DNA from: Pelomyxa schiedti
Lineage: Eukaryota > Protista > Evosea
Assembly: GCA_020536535.1 (NCBI GenBank)
Contig: JAHLWZ010000793.1
Span: 1 to 64,000 of the forward strand
Reading direction: 5' to 3'
DNA length: 64,000 bases
Every line of letters begins with the position of its first letter. The stretch's first letter is position 1. A program made the translations under genes and the position numbers. Below, in pieces: positions 26,710-39,917 of this stretch. The notes below the pieces were generated by a model, which had not been told where the DNA came from, did not search any database, and saw only the letters and a program-made list of their open reading frames with translations.

Positions 26710-28339
26710 TCAAGTCTTTGTATTTGTATTCGTATTTGTATTCACATTATTTGTATCACTTGCACACTGGGTTTGTGACATGCTTTGGCTTTGTTTGGTT
26801 TGCATAGGGTTTGTTGTGCTTGGAGTACTGCGAATGCCATTTGTTGTATTGGTTGCCGCCATAAGGGCTCCTACTGTACGAGTAGCATAGGCCCGAAGCC
26901 TGGCTATTTCGCTCATTGTGGTTACCTTGAACTGTTCCAGCTTTTGGACAACTTCATCTCTCTGTTGGGTAATAGCTTCTATCATCTTTATGTAAGGTTA
27001 GATGACAGTCAGAGGGTGAGTTTGAATGGTACGAGTTGCTTCTCTTCAAGTTGCTCAGTGAGGTATTGGACACTCTTCTGAAGTGCGATTTTTTCATCGC
27101 TTTCCGCTTGGAGTGCTTCCCTGCACTGTGTGGGTTAAGTCATGTGCTTTTTGTGGGTTTGGTACCTCATTCAATTGTGCTTGAAGAGTTAACATGTCCG
27201 GTCCTTCTGTCTGTGTGCATTTAGATTTTCTGTTTGCGGCCAAATTTGGCGATATCTCCAAAGCTGTCTTAGGAAAGTCAGACAGTACTCAGTGTCTGTG
27301 TTGGATGACAAACCTTGGGCAAACTTATCCCTCTTTTTCGAAAGTAAACTCTGGGAGGGTGCTGCTTGAGTGTAAGGGGGAAATAAAAATATTCGAGGCA
27401 AAAATACCAGGGGGGGATATTTTATCTACGGCCCCAACATACGTAATGGCAGTAGTCCTGACTAGGGGAATTAAAAAAAAGGTTTACTCCCACACAAATA
27501 CCTTTTGGGGTCCGAGTGGTTGAGGGTCTAAATCCTTGTGGCAGCCAGTCACCTCCAGTGGAATGCTCCCCACGACTAGGAGTTTCATATTCCACATCTT
27601 CATTGCCACTCTCTGATGCATCCTCCCTACAGTTGTGTCCGCAAGAACAACCACTCTCCTCAGTTTCGTTTTCGGAATAAAATTCGTCATCGTAGTATTC
27701 TTCAGGGCCTAGGCCAGTTATAGCCTACAAATAGGTCGGAAAAGCCTACCAGTGGAATCCTAGTAGCATTAACTCAAAAAAAGTAATTTCAACGCCAGAC
27801 CTCTTCACATGCACAGATTGGTTCCTCAACCAGCTTGGGTTTCACTAGGTTTCTAGGTCAGGTTATGTGTATAAGGTGATAAGTAACCACCAGTTTATTT
27901 TGTGGCATGTGAATTGTAATATCTTAGTTGATGTATAATCGGATATATTTACATCCGCTATAACATAAAGTGTTGGAAATTTACATCTCCTGTTCCTTAG
28001 GTCCTCCCTTGCCGCGGCCAAGTTGGCTGAAACCCTCTGCTCCCTCCTCAGTCTCTGTTGTCATAGCTCAAATTACCAAGAGACAAAAGCATGAGGTAGA
28101 AAACCAGTTCCTCCGGGGTTGCCTTGTAAGCCTTGAGGTCGTGCACAGACGTCTGTTCATTGGTTATTGTTTTTTTTGGCAGACACAGATGAACACAGGG
28201 GGTATGAAAAATTGGAACGCACGTCCCAAGCGGGCCTCCTTCTTGGTACTGATCTGTTGGGTTGTTGTGCTGCTTGTGGGCGTCGCTGTTGACGGTTAAT
28301 TCCAGTGGGTACCCTTGTTTGGGGTCTCCCTCGTTGCAT
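26710..28339 (-). CDS. Coiled-coil protein with SPICE1-like N-terminal motif
   Basis: Splicing two GT-AG introns gives RRRPAWDTSVHDLKAYKATPEELRLRREQRVSANL, resembling the recalled SPICE1 N-terminus ([19 protein letters not shown]...). It is followed by an acidic region and heptad-rich helices. Confidence 0.5.
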
Positions 28340-28441
28340 TATATTTTACCCTAAAGAAAAACAAGGGGAAAAAAAAACCACTTTGAACTCTGTGGCCACT
28401 TTTACACTGGAGTAACGTTACCGCGGTGTGTTGTGCAATAT

Positions 28442-29348
28442 TTACAAAAGGGTGCATTTGTGTCCTGGCTTGATGCGACCGTCATCGTGGCTGGGGGTGT
28501 TGACCTTGTTGAACTTGCGGACTTCTCGCACAAGGCCCTCAAAGCTAGCCTCAATGTTTAATCGGGCTTTAGCCGATGTCTGGGTAAATGTTGGAAGAAT
28601 GCCGTGCGTACAGAAATTAATAAAGAAATACCTCAAAGTATGGGCAGTTGATTCCTTTGGCAAAAGATTTGCCCTCGGCTTCAGTGACTATTCTTTCCGC
28701 TGGTGGAATATCCACCTGGTTGATTGTGAGGAATGTTACTTGGAATTATTGTGCTACCTTGTTGCCACAAAAAACCATTGGATAAAATTCTACTTCCTTC
28801 ACTCGCAATATTTTTCTGTGAAATTCCGCTGCCGCTTCAAAGCTTGCCCTGTCAGAAACACTCCATACAATCATAAAGCCTTGTCCTTGCCTAAAGTAGG
28901 CTTCTCTCTAAAAGGAGAGGGAAGGTGATTTCTCAACAAGACGGTCAACAAAGGAAACTCACCATGGCAGAGAACTCTTCCTGCCCGGCAGTATCGAGTA
29001 TATCTAGTTATATTATTATTTGGATAGAGAACAAGATTGCCTACCGAGAACGCAGATTTGGTCATCTACCGACATCGGTTTTCGATATCTGCTGCGGTTA
29101 GAGACATATTATCAAGGGCCAAATCGGGCGTACGCATTTTCGATGGTTGGGTCGTACTCAGTAATGAATATGTGTTGCGTAAGAGATAGTGTAACAGCAC
29201 TCTTTCCAACACCACCCTCCCCTGTGAGTTAGGTAAGACATACTAGAAATAATAAAAAAAGAAAAAGGAAAAAAAAAAGGCAAGAAGGGAAACCGATGAG
29301 AACAAGTTTATAGGTATCAACGTGCGATGGAGTCGCTTCGTTAGTCAT
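28442..29348 (-). CDS. Ras-subfamily small GTPase with CAAX box
   Basis: YKLVLIGEGGVGKSA (G1), YDPTIENAY (G2), DILDTAGQEE (G3), GNKVD (G4), ETSAK (G5) and C-terminal CTLL; six introns. Confidence 0.95.
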
Positions 29349-29625
29349 CTCTGCAATTTACTGTTGGGACTACGCTAAGGACCGCCTCTTGTGTATTGTA
29401 TTGTATGCACACAATGGAGTGTGTTATGGTTTTTCCAAGCGCAGGGAATTAGTGTTGCAACTTAACACACCGACACCTCGTTAATTGTTTTTTTATTTTC
29501 CTTTGTTCCGTATTTTTAGCCCCAGAAGTTAAGATTCACTGAAAGATTAATCGCCCAAAACTTTGTCCAATTCAAGACCTCGGCACCAGAGGCGTTTTCT
29601 TTGTTTTTGCCTTGTTATTGAGTAC

Positions 29626-32600
29626 TTAGCATTCAGAGTAACCACAGTTGTGACACTTCTTGCATCCCTCAGTGTTGAGCAGAGTGCTGTTTCCGCACTC
29701 AGGGCACAAGTCGCCAATAGGCCTGCTGAGGAAGGAGCTCGGGCTAGCCAGGGTGTTGCCAGGGGAGCGCAGGAGGGCGGCAAACGCGGAGGGAGCGGGG
29801 GAGGCGCGCATGGGGGTCAGCGGGGCGCCGGTGGTCGAGCTGGGCAGGCTGGTGGTGCGCATGAGCGGCGTGCTGCTCGCCGGGGGGTGCTCTGGGTCGC
29901 TGGTGTACAGCGAGGAGGGGGCCGCCGATTGCTGTCGAGGTATGTTGGTACAGAGAATTATATTGGTTGGCTTGGTTGGGTGTGGTGGTTGTGGTTGTCG
30001 TGGTGGTGGGGGAGGTTTACCGGTAAAGCTCTTTCTTTCAAGTATTCGTCAAGAGTGTGGGCTAGGGCGTCAGGGAGACTTCTTATACGTTTGGGGCCAA
30101 ATCCGGATTGATGGGCTCCACCGATGCCGCGCAACTGTTCAACAATTTGTGCTAATCTTTCAGTTGGAGTGAGAACCTGCCGATTGTAAGTTGTGAGTAC
30201 AAAATAGGGCGTTTTCTCACAGATGGTATCCGCAGAATAATACTCATTAGCCTGCCCACAGCTTCGCTCACAGCAGAGACATCTGAACCACCTTTTCCCA
30301 CTGTCAAGAAGATTTCAAACGGTTCTTTATCCTAGAGTAAGGTGAATTTGTGTCAGTGTCCTGGGGGGCAACACACCGATGTTGAGTTCACGGTGAGGTA
30401 TGCAGGTCCCATGGGAGTCTGACATCGGACCGTCAATCCTTCCTAATTGTTTCTAAGTAAGTTACATGATCACAGTGGGGTATACCAAGGCCTTGGGACG
30501 TGGTCTTTTGGTCAGGTATCCCTGTGGTTGTGCCTGTTGAACGACAACCTGTGGCTGAGGTGGTACCACTTTTGATGCGGACTGGGATGAAGTAGCGGTA
30601 GAGGTTGTGGCTTCTGAGAGTTTTGGTGCTTCGACTGGCAATGGGGGTGTGGGAGGTTGTGGTGTAGGTTCCTCTTTCGCTGTTTGCTTCTTGCATTCTG
30701 ATGTTGCTTGCGTTTCAAGAACGACAGATTGACGACTACCAGTTACATAAATTGTAAGACCTTTGCAACCTAATTCCCAGGCAAGCATATATGTCTACTC
30801 TGCGGTTAGAAATAAATAGGCTAGAAACGTGAGTGAACCTTCCATATATCATCAGCTGTGGTGTTGGGAGGAAAGTTCACAGTCTTGCTTATACTGTTAT
30901 CAACAAACCGTTGCATTGCCGCTTGTACAAGAACGTGTTCAGTGGCAGATACATCTTGACTTACAACAAATGTGTGCTTGATGACTTCCGGAAGGTCAGA
31001 CAAATCCTACAAAGTTGTTGGGAAAAACGGAGAAGAGATTGTAGACCTGGCATGTCCCGGTTTGGAGTACGTGGTCAACGATCCTGGTCTTCTCTGCTCC
31101 TACAATTCCAGCCTCCTCCAAGGCACTCATAAAGAGAGGACTTACGTACTGTAAAACAACATCACCTGAAGCTTCTTTCACTCGGCGAGTATAAGCCAAA
31201 GCAAACACGGGCTCGCATCCATACCTAATAAGGATTAGGAAATATACAGGAGACGGAGGGTGTACCCTTCACATCCAGTTACGGTCCCTATAGTGCCAGT
31301 TGGGGCAACTGTGGTGTGAGCAGCATTTCGTATCCCGTAGGTCTTGATGTCTTTCATTAATCCCTCCCAGTCAACTCCAGGTCTACCAAAGGACTGTGCA
31401 TAATCAACAGGGGATTCCAGAGAGCTTGGTGGTGACACTAAGGCATGTGACAGAGCCGTTGGGGGCAGCCAAGTGAATTTCTCAGGATTGAATATGCTGG
31501 AAGAAAAGGCGGGAAATGACCCCCTTTCCCGGGCCAAGAGGACACTTTCACACATTGTGTGGTAGCGCACCCATTCCATGACCTGTGAGGCGAAAATAAT
31601 CGAGTCACGTGCTCCATAGCGCACACGAGCTTGATACATTGCATCAGCCAGTCCCATGACACCAACTCCGATTCGACGAATGTTATGAGCTGCTTGCTGC
31701 AACTGTGGTACGGCAGGAACGTATTTGTTTGCATCAATTACGTCATCTTGGGAGAATTAGGATGGAATAAAAAGGAGAGCGGGTTGTACCCAAGAAACGA
31801 GTGACCATTCTTACAGTGTTGGCGAGTTTAATCCAATCGACTCTCCAGGGAGAGAGAGCAGGGTATGCAGGTTCATCATCATTCTTGTTTTCCGGAAGTG
31901 GTTGGAGCATGTGCCGAGCTAGATTCACAGATGCGAGACAACAACTACGCAGTCCGTTAGAAAGACAGAATGGTAGATCACGTAGGTGCTCACTTCTCAA
32001 ATGGGCCCAGCCATTGTTCTCCACATGGATTTGTGGCCTCCAATGTATAGAGATCTGGTACAGGATTGCCTCGGTTGGCTGCATCAATAAACAATACTCC
32101 AGGTTCGCCATTTTTTGCACTACTTGCAACTATGTCCCCTAAAAGTGTTCGTGCCTCCACAATGCCACACTCTTGGCCAGTACGAGGATTGATGAATTTG
32201 TGTTTCTCATTATTCCTTACTGCGCACATAAAAGCATCTGTAAGGGCAACACTAATATTGAAATTTGCTATGCTCCCCTCTACTGCTTTGCAAGATATGA
32301 ACTCCCTGATGTCAGGATGGTCGACCCGGAGTACTGCCATATTGGCACCCCTTCTCGAGCCGCCTTGGGCTATTGCTCCAAAAGCAGCATCATAAACACG
32401 TAGGAAGCTCACAGGACCACTGGCAAAACCGTTGCTTGATGCAACTCTATCTCCTTTTGGGCGAAGGCGGCTTGATGCAAGTGTAAAAAAGGGGATTAAA
32501 GTAGTTGGAATATACCTGAAACTGAAACCCAGTCCACCTCCAGTCTGCTGTATCAGAGCCGCATTACGCAATGTGTTGAAGATGCCCTCTGCAGAATCTT

Positions 32601-33370
32601 TTCCCATATCGTCATCTACACCAAGAACGAAACATGCCGCCAACTGTCCAAGAGGAGTTCCTGCGCCTGAGTTTCAAGTCAGTTGGGGGAAAGTGGGAAA
32701 TGAGCATACCAGTAAATGTGGGGGAGTTCGGGAAGAAAAGGAGTTTTGTCATAGCCTCGTAGTATTCACTAGACCTCTTCAACAGCACCTCGCTGACAGA
32801 ACCCTGAGTACTACTGGTTGCAACCGACGACCCGGCCTGCGAGAAAGCCACGTTGGCAGCCACACGCCAAAACATCTGGGGCACGTCTTCCGCCGGCGTT
32901 TTCCCGTCGGCTTCCTTCCTCAAGTACCTCCTCCTCAGAACCTCCACGCCGTTCTCGGACAGCACGCCGCCGCCGCCCCCGATCCTTGCCACATCTTCCC
33001 CCGCGGTCCCCGGCCCGATCGCGCTCCCAAATCTGACTCCAACTCCTCCTGCGCCAGGCAGCGCGGCCTCGTCGTCGCCGTCGCCGTCGGGCATCGGCGG
33101 CTCCAGCTTGCTCTCGGTGTACCACGCGCTGCGCAGCTCGTGCGGGATCGGGGGCACGGGGACGGCGTCGTGGGGGCGGGGGGATTGTGGGATGAAAGCG
33201 ACGGTGGACGAAGTGTTGTTGTTGCACACGACTACGCGGTTGTTGCTGCTGTTGCTGTTGACGCCGCCGCGCTTTTTCGACGGGGAAGACGACAACATCG
33301 AGGTTGTCGGAGGCGACGAAAAAATCGACGACGGGACGGGCTTGGACGGAGATTGCACCGGTGTTTGCAT
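29626..33370 (-). CDS. nrdJ: Class II adenosylcobalamin-dependent ribonucleotide reductase (NrdJ) with TSCPD-like region and C-terminal Cys cluster; intron-containing
   Basis: [128 protein letters not shown]...[14 protein letters not shown]. No ATP-cone was seen. Confidence 0.95.
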
Positions 33371-33593
33371 CACTGAAGGGCACCTTTTAATTTTGCTCTC
33401 TTCGCAAAAAGGAAGGATCTCCAATGACTAACTACAAGATCTCAGAGCCAACCACCCTGGAAATACTATCGCTCCCATTCCCCTCTGGAAGCACTCCCCT
33501 CTGTCGGCAAGCTTCACCGAGCATTCTTCATCAACCGAATCTCTGGACAGAAAATTTATTAAACAAACAATAGTGGCAGGGCACCAAAGGCAA
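33371..33593. promoter_or_regulatory. Putative bidirectional promoter between nrdJ and MMTAG2-like
   Basis: Only 223 bp separate the divergent ATGs; inferred from layout. Confidence 0.45.
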
Positions 33594-34526
33594 ATGACAC
33601 AGAGTTTGTTTAAAGGCATTGGGACCAGGGGTGGTGTCAGGGGTGGTAAGGATCAATTTCAATGGGATCAGGTCAAGGTCGACAAATACCGTACGCCCTT
33701 TTTTTTTCCCCCTTTTTTTTTGTACGGTACTTTCCCTTGTTGACAACAACGCGGTGCAGGGGAGTATTACCTTGGACAGACCGTCAAAACAAGGCCCAAT
33801 TGGTGGGCAACGAAATTCACACCAGATGCAGTGAAGGCGGAAGCCGGCGGCAAAGGCGGAGCTTCGAAAAAGACGGGGTCTGTTGCTTCTAGTGCAGCGA
33901 GCACGGTAGCGAAGCCTGGGACGAGTACTACAGCTCCGCCGAGAATTGGAGACCCTACGATGAGAGCACTGGAGAAAGAGTTGATGAACGAGGCACTGGG
34001 CATTGTTCCCGCAAAGGACAGGAGAAGGCAGAGGCCCATGGATCAATTTGAGGTGCAGTTACTCTTTTGTTACTTCTGTGTTTACCGACCTTTTGCTATT
34101 AAGGTTCTACAAGCTGTAAGGCGTGGTACCACTGCTGAAATTATTGGTGATCCTCTGATAACCGAGCGCGTGGGAGGGATAGGATTTGGAGTGGCACCCA
34201 AGCACAACATGACAGGCTCAAGCTCAACCACCAAATCATCTACAAAAGGTCTTGAAGGAGGCGGTGGGTTCCTGGAAGGCTTTGAGCATGTTGAGATACG
34301 GAATGATGGTGGAAGTGACAGTGATGATGCCGCTGAGGCAGGCAGGAAAAGGAAAGGGGACGGTACCGAAGCCGCAGAAGTAGCCGTCAAACCCGATGTT
34401 GACGAGAGGAAAACCAAGAAGCACCGCTACGAGAAGAAGCACAAGGACCACAAAGACAAGGACCACAAGAAGGACCACAAGCACAAGCACAAGGAACACA
34501 AACACGGCCACAAGGACAAGTCCTGA
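33594..34526 (+). CDS. MMTAG2 / C1orf35-like protein with Lys/His/Asp-rich tail
   Basis: N-terminal [27 protein letters not shown] matches the family signature RGGVRGGxDQFxWxDVK.D..RE.YLG. EKELMNEALG and a KDH-repeat tail follow. Confidence 0.85.
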
Positions 34527-34937
34527 TCCAACAACAACCCACTCCACTGCGAACCAAGCACAAACAAACAAACAAACAAACAAGCACATTCCACAGCGAA
34601 GCCTCTGACACAAACGCAAGGCCGCCCTTTGATACTACGCTGTATACATACTCCCACTTTGCCTCTGAGGCCACTTGGACCCACTTAATCTTGTGCCCGA
34701 ATGGGAACATCAACACTCCAAGTTTCGCGCAGTTTTCTGCTTTTTTAGATCAACAGGAAAAAAGAAAAGGCCAACGAAAGGGAGAAAAAAATAGAAATAC
34801 AAAACACAGCACCATGGGGACGTCGCGGTAAGTCGACAGTTTCCCCCCGCCTCCCGTTTTCCCATAATTGCACGCCCCTCGTGTTTAAAATAACTGTTCG
34901 AGCAACCACTTACGGCGGCGCTGCCCACAGGGCGATT

Positions 34938-37900
34938 ATGGGGGTTATGTGTTGCCTGTGCACGTGCTTGATTGCTAGCGCGGCACAAACCGGGAGCGCG
35001 TGCAAGTCGGCACTTACGATTGGAACGGTCCCCTACTCGTACAGTGGATCCACAGCGACGCTAAACGTGTCGTCCCATTATTGCAACAGCGACCCGAGCT
35101 TCAATATTTCCAAAAGTGCGTTTCCCGGTTATTGAGCTTGCCGCCTCGCACTTAACATTATCTTCGTTGTTTTAAAACGCACTGACGTGTCTTTTGATAG
35201 CCCAATACTTCAGCTTCGTACTCAGTGGAACAAGTTCTAAGTGGCTAACTGCGTCTCTGTGCGGGAGCACGTCGATGGACACACTTTTGTACATTTATTC
35301 CACGTGCACCGGTGCTGGAGATTCTTCCGTTGCTTCTAGTTGTGTGGCGTGGAGCGATGACAAATGCGGCCTTCAAAGCGAGATTTCGTATCAGTTTTCC
35401 CCTGGAATTACATATTACTTTGGTGTAACTGGCTGGGGTAACAATGCTGGATTTTACACTTTCGATTTGTATGAAAGTATTTCCTCCCGACGTTAGCTTC
35501 TTGTTGTTAATTCCCCTGAAGCCCCCGCGCCAACCAACGATGAATGCGCCTCACCTATTGCAATTACTTTCCTGCCTTATGTTATTTCCGGTGATACATC
35601 AACCTGTGTTTCAGGAAAGTCAATCTGCAGAAACAATACCGCTGCAGGTTCTGCACTCCGCTCTCCGGCACACCTTCTAACCCATATCTTCTTTAGCTGG
35701 ACTGTGGTACTCTTACGTGGGTAATGACACCGAAATACTTGTGCAAACATGTGATGAAACTGAGATGGACACAATCATTGAGGTGTATCGCGGATGCAAT
35801 TTATGCCTTACCTATGTATTACCACATTTATGTGTTCTCGGATAACCTTTTTTTTCCCCCAGAATGATGACAGCTGTTTAACCCAATCACAAGTTGTCTT
35901 TGAAGCATCCAAGGGAGTAACATATTACATTTTTGTTACTGGGTACCAGAATCAGAGGGGAACTTTCTTCTTGACAGTTGCCAATGGTCTAGTCACTTAG
36001 TGTTGTACATCATTAACAGTTTATAGCCCCTTCGGCTGACCACCACACATGCACGGAAGCTGTGGAAATTAAAAGTTTGCCATATGTGGTCACAGATTCT
36101 AATGCTCTTGTTCCTACCTCAACCAGTGAGTGTGCTGGTGGGGATCGACACGGTACAAATTCTTTTTCTTTGTGAAGTTTCTCATTTATATTAAGCGCTT
36201 TTTTATGTTCTCCATGGCACTGGTGCAACAGTGATGGCTGCCACATGCACATCTGAAAATACAGTACTTTCAAAATACCCTGTTTTGAAGACTAGCTAAC
36301 GCACAAAGGCCTTCGATACTATAGTGGAAGTGTATGATTCGTGTCTGCTAGATGAGGGTCATGTCTGCATAGCATGGAACGATGACTACTGTGGAGTCCA
36401 CTCAATGGTAAGAAGATTGTTTGTCTTCCTTAACATGTTAAGGTGAAATGGGAAGCCGAAGATCAATTCGACTATTATATCAGTGTAGCTGGGTACAGAG
36501 CAGATATAAATGGAGGAAATTTCACACTATACGTAGATTATGGTTGTTAACCCCACAATTATGAGTTACTCATTTGTTACAGCTGGAACGCAGTTAAACG
36601 ACGTGTGCTGGCAAGCCACTGTCATTGATTCCCTTCCATGGGATGCATCGGGGAGCACAACTGGGGTGCAACAAAGTGTTTGTGGTGGATGCTCTAATGG
36701 CGTTGGAACTCCGAAATATGGTTTCCTTTTACAATTGGTACCCGTACTTATTTTTGTTACTAGGATTGTGGTATGAAATTTTGCTCAGTGGACCTGCAAG
36801 ACCGATTGAAATTACCGCTTGCAACAATGAAACTTCTGCAGATGTTACAATTGAGGTGTACACAAGCTGTCAATGTGTCGAATGTGTCACTAAAGAGTAC
36901 CGCCTTTTTTTTTTTGTTGGACAATGCGAATTTACTTTTTTGGCAGTACTGGACTCCTGTGTTCTGGAAAAGGCAATGTACAGTTTATGGCAGGTAACAA
37001 TGTGCCATACTTCGTCTATGCCACAACAGGCACTGATGTTGGTTTCTTCCATCTCGATTTCATTGAGGGTGAGTGATTATGATTATTCTTTCCACAAACT
37101 GATTTTTCTAGACGTACCTAATGAGTACAGCCATTGTACTTCTGCGCTTCCAATTACACAACTCCCCTGGTCATACACAGGATCAACAATGACCTCAGAG
37201 TCGTCGTATTCTCCCTGTACTTACAATGTAAAGCAAGGTATTTTATTTTTTGTTTGTTGAAAGCCGTATGAATCTACCACTGTTGTAGGGATGTGGTTCT
37301 CAGTAACCGGCACGGGAAACAAAATGGCAGCGTTTACTTGTTCCCAGTACAGCGATTTTGACACCTTTGTGAGTGTCCATATAAATTGTGGCAACACCAG
37401 TTGTCTTGCTTATAATGATGACTACACTTCCCTCCCTATAACTGGCATAAACTGCGGTGCTGCTCAATCTTATGTAACATGGACAAGTGAAATGGGGCAA
37501 ATATATTACGTGCTAGTGAATGGTTGGGGTGACTCAATTGGCGTGTTCCAATTTTCCGTAATTGAAGGTTGAAACTCCCAGTCTTCAAATGTCTTTCTAA
37601 GAGCAATTCATAGAGACTACCCCAGTAAATGACGACTGTGCGGCAGCCATTGATCTTTCCGCCGTGACACTTCCTTACACTCTCTACGGTTTCACACCGC
37701 TAGCAGTCCCCTCGGGTGGCGACTGCGACACTGCAACAAGACAAGGTTCCTTTTATCCAACTTTTAGAGTGGCGGTTACTCAACGTTTCTAGGAGTCTGG
37801 TACAAGATGCTAGGGGTCAATAACACGTACCAGTTCAGCACGTGCCACTATTCCACCACATTCGATACAAGAATAGAGGTTTACACATCTTGCAGCAGGT

Positions 37901-38389
37901 TACACACCCTCTCGCTCCCGTTTGTCTCTAATTCCCTTCCCGCAGCACATACAAGAACGCATCCGGCTGCAGAACAGACATCATCGACGACGGGACGTGC
38001 CCTCTGTCACTCAGGCAGTCGGTCACGTTTACCATACCGTTTGGGGCCAATAAAGATGGCTCCATGGTGTGGGTGTTTGTCACCGGAGATGACAGCGCAC
38101 AGGGCCTGTTCCAGATGGCCATCACTGACCACACCCCCAGCCCAAAGTCCGAGGTACGCAGCATATACTGCGAATATGCATGCACCCCAACAACCAATCT
38201 CTGACAATCCCGCAGGGTGATAACGGACTCTCGGCAGGAGCCAAGGCCGGAATAGTATTTGCAGTTTTTGGCGGCATTGCGTGCCTCGCAGGGGCCGGCT
38301 TCGCCGGTTGGTGGTACTATACCAAGCACTACAAGCCCCAGTCATATGCCATCATCCCAGACACCACCGCCACGTCCACATCCCACTAA
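34938..38389 (+). CDS. Type I membrane surface protein with six tandem Cys-containing beta-sandwich-like repeats of about 120 aa (PPC-like / NDxCxxA family)
   Basis: A signal-peptide-like start (MGVMCCLCTCLIASAA) is followed by six repeats of pattern C..A..I..LP(Y/W)...W(Y/F)...C....DT...VY..C...NDD.C..S.V......YY..V.G. A TM helix (AGIVFAVFGGIACLAGAGFAGWWYY) and a short tail end the protein. Confidence 0.75.
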
Positions 38390-38506
38390 CCACCGCACCC
38401 ACCTCCCAGTTACAGAACCCCCTATCCGTCAATCATTGATTCAAATGAAACAAAATTCTTTCGCAGAAATCATACCGCAGGTTAGATCGGCTCCCCCTTG
38501 GCGCAC

Positions 38507-39917
38507 ATGGGGAGCAGCATTGGAGGATGGCACGAGGGGGCAGCACCCAACAACGAGGGGGACAACTACAACGCCACGGTGGACGCGGCCCTGCACGGGG
38601 TGGCGCTGGGGATCTACTGCGTGGTGGGGAGCGCCTGCGCGTGGCGGCTGGGGGTGCACGTGAAGTGGGCGCAGGGGAGCGGCGGCGGCGCCGGGGGCAG
38701 GCGGGCCGCCCTGGTGGGGGCGGGAGGCAGGGTCTCGGCGCTGGTTGGTGCGTTCAAGTTCGATAGGAGGGTGCAGTTCCACGCATTCCTGACTGCTTTT
38801 TTCGTTGGTGTGCTGTGGGTGCTGTTGCTGTGTTCTTTTTTTTGGCACCTGGTTGGGGGAGCGTGCGGTCACTCGCAACTGTTTGATGTGTGTGTCTTTT
38901 GCTTACTGGAAATGTGACAGAGGCTGTTTTGCACGATGTGTTGCAGATTGTGGGCGACTCTGTATCTGATGAGGTGACCTACTGGGACATCTTTGCATTT
39001 TGTTTTGGGATGTACTCGCACGTCCTGTTTTTTACTTCTCTGTTCCTTGTTCTGGTTGATATGTACTACTCTTATATTTACTTTTTAATGCATATGCACC
39101 AAAGGTTGGAACTTATGTACATGTACATCATTGAGAGGCAATTCGTCATAAGCAAGTTTTTAGAATGGCTCTTTTGGGTTCTAGTCTGCCTTCCGTATGC
39201 ATTCATCACAGGACTATCGCTGTATTTTATTTTTAACAAGTCTGCTCTCTCTGACGGTTTGTATTCCAATAAGATGTGGAATTAACATTTCCACAGGGGA
39301 TCCTTACTTCGACAGCTCAATAATCCTGGTTTGCTCCTATTTTGCGCTGTGTGGTATTGGCTACTTCGCAACCACAATAATGTTGCTGTGCCGGTTGCAC
39401 TCTTTGGAAAAGAGAGACATGTTCTTTCACAGTACGTATACACAACTGGTTTTCTCTTTTCTGAATTCTACTTAAGTCCCCAGGAAACCACTGTTGCTCT
39501 TGGTACTCTTTCACTTCACATTCCATTAATTAATTGGCTGAAAAGCTCTTAGTCTTGGGAATATGCTTAACTTGCATTGTTTTACAAGTATTTCGTTAAT
39601 GTTATCCATTTCCTGAAAAATGACCTAGACAACAATGTTTTTGTATCGCCCAATCTCTGGGAAGTACATGAATGATTATTTATTTGAGTTCATGGCCTAT
39701 TGGTTCCCCCAGGCCTCTGCTCATTTACCACATCCTCTCCTAATCACAACCTACAGATAACTTCTTCCTGCCTTCTTCTCATTGTTGCCCGTAAACCAAG
39801 GTTTTGCCCTGGCCATACATAAAAAACTAAATATTTGATAGAGGGGGATACCGTAATGAAGAAAGCACCAATCTTCTCAATGGTGCACCAATGCAGCCAC
39901 TGCATACGGCTTTGTAA
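38507..39917 (+). CDS. Multi-pass membrane protein (THH1/TOM1/GPR137-like topology), paralog A
   Basis: About seven hydrophobic segments across short introns; shares AWRLGVHVK, LFFTSL and FEF.AYW.P motifs with the gene at 51801-53383. The family name is tentative. Confidence 0.6.
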
